A stretch of 64,000 bases of DNA, taken from NCBI GenBank assembly GCA_017501645.1, contig JAFVWN010000037.1, positions 2,400 through 66,399 of the forward strand, in the 5' to 3' direction. The notes below the pieces were generated by a model. That model was not told the origin of the DNA. It searched no databases and saw only the letters and a list, made by a program, of their open reading frames with translations. The stretch is from Clostridia bacterium. GTDB taxonomy: Bacteria > Bacillota > Clostridia > Christensenellales > UBA1242. Each line of letters starts with the position of its first letter. Positions within the stretch are counted from its first letter, which is position 1. Position numbers and translations under genes: made by a program. Positions 37,603 through 45,233 of the stretch are shown in pieces.

Positions 37603-39153
37603 ATGAGACAGGAAAGAATTAACATTAGACCAACAACTGGTGTTTATGCAACTTATAAGAATCTTAGATATGAACCATGGACAGCTCTGGCCGAATTTAT
37701 TGATAACTCAACACAAAGTTACTTCGATCACAAACAAGAATTAAACAATTTAGATGATTTTAATAAATTGATTGTAGAAATTAATTATTCTGTAGACGAT
37801 AATGGACAGGATATATTAACAATAAAGGATAACGCTTATGGTATGGAATCAGAAGATTTCTATCGCGCAATTGTTTTAGATAAACCACCAGTTAATACAA
37901 CTGGACGAAATGAATTTGGTATGGGTTTGAAAACCGCTGCTTGTTGGTTCGGCTCTTATTGGACAGTAATTTCATCACGTTATGGTTCAGAATATGAATA
38001 TCGAGCAAGTGTTGACGTTGACGAATTAAGTAAGACTAAAGAAGATTCTATAGAACAAGATATAAACGAAGTACCTAAAGACCTACATTATACTATTATT
38101 GAAATACGCGATTTAAATAAGAAGATTATTGGATCAAGAACAATAGGTAAAGTGAAAACCTTTTTAAGTAGTATATATAGACAAGATATAAGAAATAAAG
38201 AAGTTGATATCTACTATAACGGTGAGTTACTTACTTTTCAAGATCCTGAAATTTATATTGATGAAGATCAACATCAATGGAAGCGTGAAATAGAATTTAA
38301 TATTAATCATAAGGGAAAAGAATTAAAAACAAAAGGCTTTATTGCCATAAGAAAAAAAGCCAGCGTGTCTGGTGCTGGTTTAACTTTATTGCGTAGAGGT
38401 AGAGTTATTATAGGCGGTGCTGAAGAAAATTACAGGCCGAAAGATTTATTTGGTGATTCAAACTCTTTTGCATATCAAAGAGTCTTTGGTGAACTGCATA
38501 TGGATAATTGGCCGGTAACACAAGCTAAAGATAACTTTGATTGGAATGATGAAGCGTTAGAAGAAAAGTTTATTGAGGCCTTAAAGCCGTTGATTAAACC
38601 TGTTAAAGATAAAGCTGATGACATTAGGGTTCGAAAAAGTGCAAGCCAAAAACAAGTCGTTGTTGATGCTGTAGAAAATTTAAAATCCTTTGGTATTATA
38701 GATGATTCATCAATAGAATTTACTGATATTACCACTAATACAAATAATTCAACCGAAAATAATAACACAGAAGATGAAAATTTAGTTTCTATAAAAAAGG
38801 GTAACACATCTATTATATTAAATGAAAAAGCGATTTCACACATTTCTATTACTAGAGGAAATAATAAATATAATTTGGATTTAGAGTATAACGATAATCT
38901 TTCTCAATGGCTAAGCATTTCAAGAAGCAATGATGACAATTCTAATATTTTCTATGTCAAACTAAATATGACACATCCATTCTTTAGCAATCTTACTGCC
39001 AGTAAAGACTTTATTGATGTAATGACACGTTTTGTATTATGTATGGTTATTGCCGAAGTCGAAGCTAGTATAACTTCTACTCAAGATGGAAAAGTTGAAG
39101 TTGACACTATTAGATTGAAGATGAATAAATTGCTTGAAGAATACTGTAAATAA
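37603..39153 (+). CDS. GHKL-superfamily ATPase (HATPase_c_3 / MORC-like)
   Basis: Bergerat-fold motifs: N box LAEFIDNSTQS, G1 IKDNAYGM and G2 GRNEFGMGLKTA. Start at ATG 37603, 3 nt after the dcm stop, with RBS GGGAGGA. Confidence 0.75.
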   Translation: MRQERINIRPTTGVYATYKNLRYEPWTALAEFIDNSTQSYFDHKQELNNLDDFNKLIVEINYSVDDNGQDILTIKDNAYGMESEDFYRAIVLDKPPVNTTGRNEFGMGLKTAACWFGSYWTVISSRYGSEYEYRASVDVDELSKTKEDSIEQDINEVPKDLHYTIIEIRDLNKKIIGSRTIGKVKTFLSSIYRQDIRNKEVDIYYNGELLTFQDPEIYIDEDQHQWKREIEFNINHKGKELKTKGFIAIRKKASVSGAGLTLLRRGRVIIGGAEENYRPKDLFGDSNSFAYQRVFGELHMDNWPVTQAKDNFDWNDEALEEKFIEALKPLIKPVKDKADDIRVRKSASQKQVVVDAVENLKSFGIIDDSSIEFTDITTNTNNSTENNNTEDENLVSIKKGNTSIILNEKAISHISITRGNNKYNLDLEYNDNLSQWLSISRSNDDNSNIFYVKLNMTHPFFSNLTASKDFIDVMTRFVLCMVIAEVEASITSTQDGKVEVDTIRLKMNKLLEEYCK

Positions 39154-39168
39154 AGTAAGGAGATAAGC

Positions 39169-41313
39169 ATGTTAGAGACAATTCAAATAACACCAATAAA
39201 ACAAGCAACACCTATAATTTCAGATGGTGTATTTATTCAAACAGTATCTGATTATATGGAAAAAAATGATTTTCCTTTAACTTCTATTAATAATATAGTA
39301 CAAAACAGTGTAGAAATTTTCTCTCATTGTGTTAAAGTTGCAAAAAATCAAACTACTAACACTGGTATAATTATTGGTAAAGTTCAAAGTGGTAAAACGT
39401 CAAATTTTATAGCTTTAACCGCTATGGCTTTTGACAATGGATATAATATAGCCATCGTTTTGGGTGGAAATAAAAATATTCTTCTTGATCAAAACAAACA
39501 AAGAATAAAAGAATCTTTTAATGTAGATTCTGATAAGTTAGTTGTGCTAGATACTAATTCTAATTCTGATATTATTGCTGAAAGAGAAATTGAAAGATTT
39601 GTAAAAAGAGGTGTAAAAGTAATTGTTGTAGGGTTAAAGCATCATAAGCATATCGACAAGATTTCTGATGTTTTTACTTCCTCTTTTCTTCAAAACCAAA
39701 CAACATTAATTATTGATGACGAAGGAGATCAGGCAACACTAAATACTAAAAAATATTCCAAGACATCAGCATTTCCAAGTGCAATTTATAACTCGGTAAA
39801 TAATTTAAGAAAGAAACTCAATAATCACACTTTCGTGTCAGTTACAGCTACCCCACAGGCAAATATGCTTATAGATAGTTTTGACGTGTTATCACCCGAT
39901 TTTGGCTGCCTTGTTGAACCGAGTCCAGATTATTGTGGATTATCAGACTTTCATAGTGCAACTAATGAAGACAAATATGTTAAAGTTATACCTGATCAAG
40001 AACCAAGTATATTTGAGATCTCTGGGTTGCCAGAAAGTTATATTACGGCAATGGCTATGTTCTTTGTATCAAATGGTATAAGAAAATATAGAGGAGATTA
40101 TGGAAATCATGCTATGCTTTTTCATCCAAGCGTTCAAATGACTGGGCATGAATTAGTTAGGTCCAGAGTTCAATCGTTACTTGATTCTTGGCAACAAAGA
40201 GCAGAAATTCCTAATGATATGGCATTTGAAAGATTGCGAGCAGTTCTTATTTCTGCATACAATATATATAAATGTGATGGTATAACCATTCCAGATTATA
40301 ATGAACTTGAACCCTTTATTATAGATTCAATTAAAGCATGCTCTAGCATAATGGTGTGCAATAGTAATACGGACGCTAGTGAAAATTCAAAACACTATAA
40401 GACAAATATTTTCGTTGGTGGAAATATGGTAGAAAGAGGATTGACAATAAAAGGATTGGCAATAACTTATCTTATAAGACGAGCCAAAGGAAAAAGTAAT
40501 ATTGACAACACCGAACAAAGAGCTAGATGGTTTGGATATAAGCGTAAATATTTAGATGTTTGTAGAGTATTCACTACAATACAAATAAAAAAAGATTTTC
40601 ACAATATTTATGAACATGATGAGGCGCTTTGGGATACTATCCAAAAAAATCTTAACGCTGGCAAAGAGTTTAAAGATATCCCTAGAATTTTTATGAATAA
40701 TAGTAATTTATTAAGGTTAACAAGGCCTAATGTCGCAAAAGAAGAAAGATTAGAGTATGGACAAATCAGACAGCAAAATTCATTCATCCTAAACGAAAGT
40801 GTAGAATTAGACAATTTAAAACTTTTAGAAAAGTTAAGGGATGAAAATAGCAATTCTTGTGTATTAAAACATTTTGGTTCATATAATCACTTATATGTTG
40901 AGAATGTTTTTTATAGAGATTTAGTTAAGGCTGTTTTATCTAAATTTAAATTTCCAAGCACGTGTAATTTTAGTAATAAATTCTTTGAAGGGATACTTCA
41001 GGCCTTTGAAATGAGCAAGATCAATCCGTTAATAGATATTGTTTTTATGAGACATAATGATTTCAGTGTTGGTAATCGTGCTGTTGACGCTAACGGAAAT
41101 ATTGAAACTGGATTAATGATTGGTTATAGCACAAACTACATTGGTGATCGAAAAATTCCAGATCAAAAGCCTAATGTTATGCAATTACAAGTACACATGA
41201 TAAAACCAAATAATTTAGACATTAATTATTTTTCACCTTGTTTTGCTTTCTATTTACCACCTGAACTATCTGAAGAAGTTTCAAAATATGTAAAACGTAT
41301 GGAGGAAAAGTAA
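39169..41313 (+). CDS. Z1-domain-like P-loop NTPase
   Basis: 714 aa with Walker A GKVQSGKTSNF and Walker B TLIIDDEGDQAT, then VSVTATPQAN (helicase motif III-like). This matches my memory of the Z1 family linked to C5 methylases. Confidence 0.65.
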   Translation: MLETIQITPIKQATPIISDGVFIQTVSDYMEKNDFPLTSINNIVQNSVEIFSHCVKVAKNQTTNTGIIIGKVQSGKTSNFIALTAMAFDNGYNIAIVLGGNKNILLDQNKQRIKESFNVDSDKLVVLDTNSNSDIIAEREIERFVKRGVKVIVVGLKHHKHIDKISDVFTSSFLQNQTTLIIDDEGDQATLNTKKYSKTSAFPSAIYNSVNNLRKKLNNHTFVSVTATPQANMLIDSFDVLSPDFGCLVEPSPDYCGLSDFHSATNEDKYVKVIPDQEPSIFEISGLPESYITAMAMFFVSNGIRKYRGDYGNHAMLFHPSVQMTGHELVRSRVQSLLDSWQQRAEIPNDMAFERLRAVLISAYNIYKCDGITIPDYNELEPFIIDSIKACSSIMVCNSNTDASENSKHYKTNIFVGGNMVERGLTIKGLAITYLIRRAKGKSNIDNTEQRARWFGYKRKYLDVCRVFTTIQIKKDFHNIYEHDEALWDTIQKNLNAGKEFKDIPRIFMNNSNLLRLTRPNVAKEERLEYGQIRQQNSFILNESVELDNLKLLEKLRDENSNSCVLKHFGSYNHLYVENVFYRDLVKAVLSKFKFPSTCNFSNKFFEGILQAFEMSKINPLIDIVFMRHNDFSVGNRAVDANGNIETGLMIGYSTNYIGDRKIPDQKPNVMQLQVHMIKPNNLDINYFSPCFAFYLPPELSEEVSKYVKRMEEK

Positions 41314-42245
41314 TGATTCAAGAAATATTAAATAATTTACAATTATTACAAATAAACAATGATAGCGGTTATCAGTGTTTTAAAACTGGCTGTCATTTTT
41401 ATGGATTGGATTCTGAAAAAAATGTGGTTTTTATTACTTCCTCACAAAATAAACAATCCACATCAATACAACAAACAAAACAATTAGTTTTAACAAAAAA
41501 TATTGACTGTAAATTAAAAGTTGGAGATCGTTTAGAAACAGGCCGATTTGATGTTCTTACATGCTTATCTCAAAACCAAGAACATATAAAAGCATTTATA
41601 GAGTTGACTAATTTATTTGTAAAAAATGAGACAAGTCTTACAATTACAGACTACTTTATATGTTTAAAAGACTTATTTACAAACAAACATAAAATTTCTA
41701 GTAAAGAATTACAAGGAATATATGCAGAACTTTATATTATGCACTATATGTATCAACATGGTGTCGATCTTTTTAGTTTATGGCAATCCATTGATAAAAT
41801 GAAGTTTGATTTTTCTGTTAGCGAAATCAAAAAAATAGAAGTTAAATCTACAAAAGGAGAAAACAGAATTCATAAATTTAGACACGAACAATTAGTGACA
41901 GATATCTTTGATGTTTATATTATTTCAGTATTGCTCAGAAAAGATGATCAGGGTTTATCTTTGTTCGATTTGGCTAATTTAATAAAGAATGAATGTTCAC
42001 ACAATTTAAAAGTGTTTGCTCATGTAGAAAATTTATTATTAAATTATTCTATTGAAGATTTAAAAACTATTAAATTCAACAAGTTGTATACTGATAAAAA
42101 CATTGCAATTTATAAAGCTGGAGATGTTCCAAGATTTAAAACAAGACAACCCGATGGCGTGAGCAACACGGAATATGATTCTGATTTGAATAATATAAAA
42201 AGTAGAAATATTCAAGAATTTATAAATTGGATAAACAATAAATAG
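41313..42245 (+). CDS. putative PD-(D/E)XK-fold nuclease
   Basis: 310 aa. The start shares one nucleotide with the upstream stop (TAATG). Candidate motif is ...MKFDFSVSEIKKIEVKSTKG (D...E-x-K). Confidence 0.45.
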   Translation: MIQEILNNLQLLQINNDSGYQCFKTGCHFYGLDSEKNVVFITSSQNKQSTSIQQTKQLVLTKNIDCKLKVGDRLETGRFDVLTCLSQNQEHIKAFIELTNLFVKNETSLTITDYFICLKDLFTNKHKISSKELQGIYAELYIMHYMYQHGVDLFSLWQSIDKMKFDFSVSEIKKIEVKSTKGENRIHKFRHEQLVTDIFDVYIISVLLRKDDQGLSLFDLANLIKNECSHNLKVFAHVENLLLNYSIEDLKTIKFNKLYTDKNIAIYKAGDVPRFKTRQPDGVSNTEYDSDLNNIKSRNIQEFINWINNK

Positions 42246-42270
42246 AACGGAAAGGCTTCCGTTCTTTTTT
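42245..42270 (+). terminator. rho-independent terminator of the R-M-like operon
   Basis: GAACGGA-AAGGCT-TCCGTTC hairpin followed by T6. Confidence 0.7.
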
Positions 42271-42289
42271 ATTGCAAATATAACATCAA

Positions 42290-42488
42290 GGTATCACACG
42301 TATCACTGGTATCACTAAAAACTGAAAAAGTGCCTAAAAATAAGGGTTTCAACCAGTGATACCTTGTGTTACCAGGGTGTCACTAAGGTATCACTCCTAA
42401 AAATGCAAAAAAATGAAAAAGGTAAAAAGGATTTTGGTGTTGTTTATCACTAGTATCACAAAATGATACCTGTGATACGTGTGACACC
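42290..42488. repeat. cluster of about 12 copies of the 8-mer GGTATCAC / GTGATACC in both orientations
   Basis: Copies or one-mismatch variants start at about 42290, 42300, 42308, 42354(rc), 42366(rc-like), 42376, 42387, 42443, 42452, 42463(rc), 42472(rc) and 42481(rc). Confidence 0.85.
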
Positions 42489-42736
42489 TTATGATCAAAA
42501 ACAGCTTTTTATAGTAGTTATACCTCGAAAAAACAACCTTCATTTTATTGTTTCCCAGCCTTTTTGTATTAAAATATTAGCAAATTTTATAAAGTGGGCA
42601 CAAAATGAAACAAAAGGAAATGAAATGAATACAAAAAGCGTGACCAACCTCGTATAATAGAAGTATAGAGAAATAAAACGCCGAAAAGATATGTAATGCA
42701 CTAGGATTAAAGTATGATGATTACTTCACTACAGAG

Positions 42737-43381
42737 GTGCAAGGCTATAAAAAAGCAGTTAAGATACTTAACGATAAAGAGGATAAGATACTAGCAAATT
42801 ACTTACACACAGAACCAAACCCTAGATGGAAGATTGCTTTACTTACAGTATTATTTATGGGGTTAAGGCGTGGCGAACTTGCAGGTCTAGAATGGAAAGA
42901 TATTGACTACGAAAACAAGACAATGACAATAGCAAGATCTGTTCAAGATATTATAGGTTTTGGACTAATAACCAAAGAACCTAAAACTGAAAACTCAAAA
43001 AGAACAATAACCATGCCAGATAAACTAATTGATTACTTAAAAGAATATGAAGAATGGTGGCTAAATCAAAAGAAATATCTTGGAAATAGACTCGGAGATA
43101 CTGATAGATTATTCTGTACAGAAAATGGCACTGACATATGCCCTGAACTATTCAGAGTATGGTTGCAAAAAATATTGGCAAGGGCAAACTTGCAAAAAGT
43201 AACACTTCATTCGGTAAGACATACAAATATAACTTTACAACTAATAGCAGGAGTTGATATGAAAACAGTATCTGCCCGTGCAGGACACTCAAAAGCATCA
43301 ACCACAAGTGACTTCTACAGTCACTTTATAAAGAACTCTGATATACACGCGAGTGAAATATTAAATAAAATTTTTGAATAA
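42737..43381 (+). CDS. tyrosine recombinase/integrase, catalytic domain only (N-terminally truncated)
   Basis: 214 aa with GLRRGELAGLEWKDID (catalytic Arg), HSVRHTNITL (H-x-x-R), GHSKASTT and a terminal Y in DFYSHF. The ORF begins at GTG. The frame stays open upstream only to a TAA at 42674, so the roughly 100-150 aa N-terminal DNA-binding domains are missing. Confidence 0.75.
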   Translation: MQGYKKAVKILNDKEDKILANYLHTEPNPRWKIALLTVLFMGLRRGELAGLEWKDIDYENKTMTIARSVQDIIGFGLITKEPKTENSKRTITMPDKLIDYLKEYEEWWLNQKKYLGNRLGDTDRLFCTENGTDICPELFRVWLQKILARANLQKVTLHSVRHTNITLQLIAGVDMKTVSARAGHSKASTTSDFYSHFIKNSDIHASEILNKIFE

Positions 43382-43407
43382 AATTAAAAAGCTGTGTCAT
43401 ACAAGTA

Positions 43408-43435
43408 TTGACTTTGGAAAAAGCTGTGATACAAT
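43408..43435 (+). promoter_or_regulatory. candidate extended -10 promoter overlapping a GTGATAC motif
   Basis: TTGACT (43408-43413), a 16-nt spacer, then TGATACAAT (-10 at 43430-43435). A direct repeat AAAAGCTGTG flanks it. A hairpin GGTTGAAGAAAT...ATTTCTCCAACC plus a T-run follows at about 43446-43485. Confidence 0.4.
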
Positions 43436-43546
43436 TCAAGAAAAGGTTGAAGAAATGTAATTATTTCTCCAACCTTTTGCATTTTTAGGAGGATAAAATG
43501 AAAAATTTAAATAAAAACAAAACAAAATTTATATGGAGGTGCTATA

Positions 43547-43840
43547 ATGGGAGCAGGTGGAGTGCCTAATAGAACTATAGAAGTAGTTGATGGAAAACGT
43601 GGAGATTTGCCTACAAGCGGAGCTAAACCTAACTCTCGTTATGATTTATATGTGAATGGTCAAAAAGTTCAAAGTAGATGGTTTGACTCAAAAGGTAATG
43701 TTGTAAGAAATAGAGATTTTAATCATCAAGATGCACACAATAACCATGAGTTTCCGCACGATCACAATTGGAGTTGGGACAAAGGATTTCCTGAGAGAAA
43801 TCCAGAGAATCTAGTTCCTAACTACGAAATGTTCTATTAA
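43547..43840 (+). CDS. small His-rich hypothetical protein (orphan toxin-cassette-like)
   Basis: 97 aa with RBS GGAGGTG. The motif RNRDFNHQDAHNNHEFPHDHNW resembles C-terminal cassettes I recall on polymorphic-toxin and phage head-associated proteins. This is recollection only. Confidence 0.35.
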   Translation: MGAGGVPNRTIEVVDGKRGDLPTSGAKPNSRYDLYVNGQKVQSRWFDSKGNVVRNRDFNHQDAHNNHEFPHDHNWSWDKGFPERNPENLVPNYEMFY

Positions 43841-43852
43841 AAGGAGATAAAA

Positions 43853-45049
43853 ATGACAAAAAAATTAAGTGAATATGAAATAGATAAACAAAATAAGAAA
43901 CAACAACTAGTTAGAAACGAGTTTTTATATAATGGCAATTCTGTGGGTCAGTACAACATGCCTTTAATTCGAAAACAAAACATAGACATTAGTAAAATTG
44001 AATTTTTGAGTTATGTTAATACAAAAAAAGAAGATAATGAAAATAAAAATAAAACGATACATTTCTTTACTTATGATTGGAAATTTGAAAAAGTATATGA
44101 TAATGCGGACGATGAAATCAAGAAACTAAGTCAGTATTATTGTTTACTAAGCCCAGATTTTAGTATTTTTACAAATATGCCTTTAGCATTGCAAATTGAA
44201 AGTGTTTTTAAAAACCGCTGGTGTGGAGCATATTGGCAAAGCAAGGGATTAAAAGTTATTCCTACAGTAAGTTGGGGAGATGAGCGTTCTTTTGATTTTT
44301 GTTTTGATGGGATTGAAGAAGGCTCAATAGTAGCTGTTTGTACATATTATAGGGAAAACTGCGAAGAAGAATTTATGCTTGGATATAATGAAATGTTAAA
44401 GAGAATCAAACCAAGCGTAATCATATGTTACGACGAACCATTTAAATCAATGATAGGTAATATAAAAGAATTCTTGCCTACCACCTATGAATGGACAAAA
44501 GATTTAAACTGGAAAGATTTGATTCAATTTAAGTGGGAAAAACAAAATAAAAATGTCTCAGGATTAAAAACTAAGGACTTTAAATTTTTTGATTATGAGG
44601 ATCCCTATGTAAAAGACCAAATGACAAAATGTTCAATTTGTGGATCAGTAGCACTACAAGACCAGTATGGAAATGGAGAATGCAAAAATTGTGGCTGGAA
44701 ATTTTCTAAGGACGAAGAAATTTTTGAACAAAAAATGGGTATAAGTTATCCTATGTTAGTTACGCCGAAGACTGCTCGAGAACAATATAAAAAAGGATTG
44801 CCATTCAAAGCAACTTTTACAGAATTTATAAATGGTCTATTCTTCTATAGTGAAATGCTTTTTACATATAACAATATAATGTATGAGGTGTTTTTAAAAC
44901 AAGACTATACCATAATGTTTTGCTCCAAAGATATGCAACAAGAATATAAAACAAGACAAGAATTCGAAAATAATGCGAATATAAATGGCAAATTATTAAA
45001 AGATATTTGGAAAGATGTTTCTTTTGCTGGATTTATGTATTGTGAATAA
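43853..45049 (+). CDS. DUF4417-domain protein with a C-terminal zinc ribbon
   Basis: 398 aa. The pattern IHFFTYDWKFEKVY...LLSPDFSIF...RWCGAYWQSKGLKVIPTVSW fits DUF4417 as I remember it. CSICGS...CKNCGW forms the zinc ribbon. RBS is AAGGAG. Confidence 0.65.
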   Translation: MTKKLSEYEIDKQNKKQQLVRNEFLYNGNSVGQYNMPLIRKQNIDISKIEFLSYVNTKKEDNENKNKTIHFFTYDWKFEKVYDNADDEIKKLSQYYCLLSPDFSIFTNMPLALQIESVFKNRWCGAYWQSKGLKVIPTVSWGDERSFDFCFDGIEEGSIVAVCTYYRENCEEEFMLGYNEMLKRIKPSVIICYDEPFKSMIGNIKEFLPTTYEWTKDLNWKDLIQFKWEKQNKNVSGLKTKDFKFFDYEDPYVKDQMTKCSICGSVALQDQYGNGECKNCGWKFSKDEEIFEQKMGISYPMLVTPKTAREQYKKGLPFKATFTEFINGLFFYSEMLFTYNNIMYEVFLKQDYTIMFCSKDMQQEYKTRQEFENNANINGKLLKDIWKDVSFAGFMYCE

Positions 45050-45093
45050 AACGAAAAAGACGACTAAAAAAGCCGTCTTTTTTCATTAAAAAT

Positions 45094-45170
45094 TGGTGTA
45101 ACCGAGATGATTCGAACATCCGACCTGCCGCTTAGGAGGCGGCCGCTCTATCCAGCTGAGCTACGGCTAC
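45094..45170 (-). tRNA. tRNA-Arg (CCT)
   Basis: Reverse complement: GTAGCCG-TA-GCTC-AGCTGGATA-GAGC-G-GCCGC-CTCCTAA-GCGGC-AGGTC-GGATG-TTCGAAT-CATCT-CGGTTAC-A-CCA. Confidence 0.9.
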
Positions 45171-45233
45171 AAGTTCAATAGGCGTGATTATAATATCACA
45201 CCTATTACCTTTTTTCAATTGTTTTTAAATTTT

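Larger units (their letters stand above)
34005..45138. mobile_element. 11.1-kb integrated genomic island at tRNA-Arg(CCT), probably immobilised
   Basis: Perfect 47-bp direct repeats at 34005-34051 and 45092-45138. The right copy is the 3' part of the tRNA gene. The interior holds an integrase remnant, an R-M-like cluster and mobile-element-type cargo. Confidence 0.8.

Noticed and set aside
42463-42657. 64-aa ORF overlapping the GGTATCAC motif array
   Set aside because: Its start lies inside the repeat array, no RBS is present, and it bears no resemblance to an integrase N-terminus or an excisionase. It is probably non-coding.
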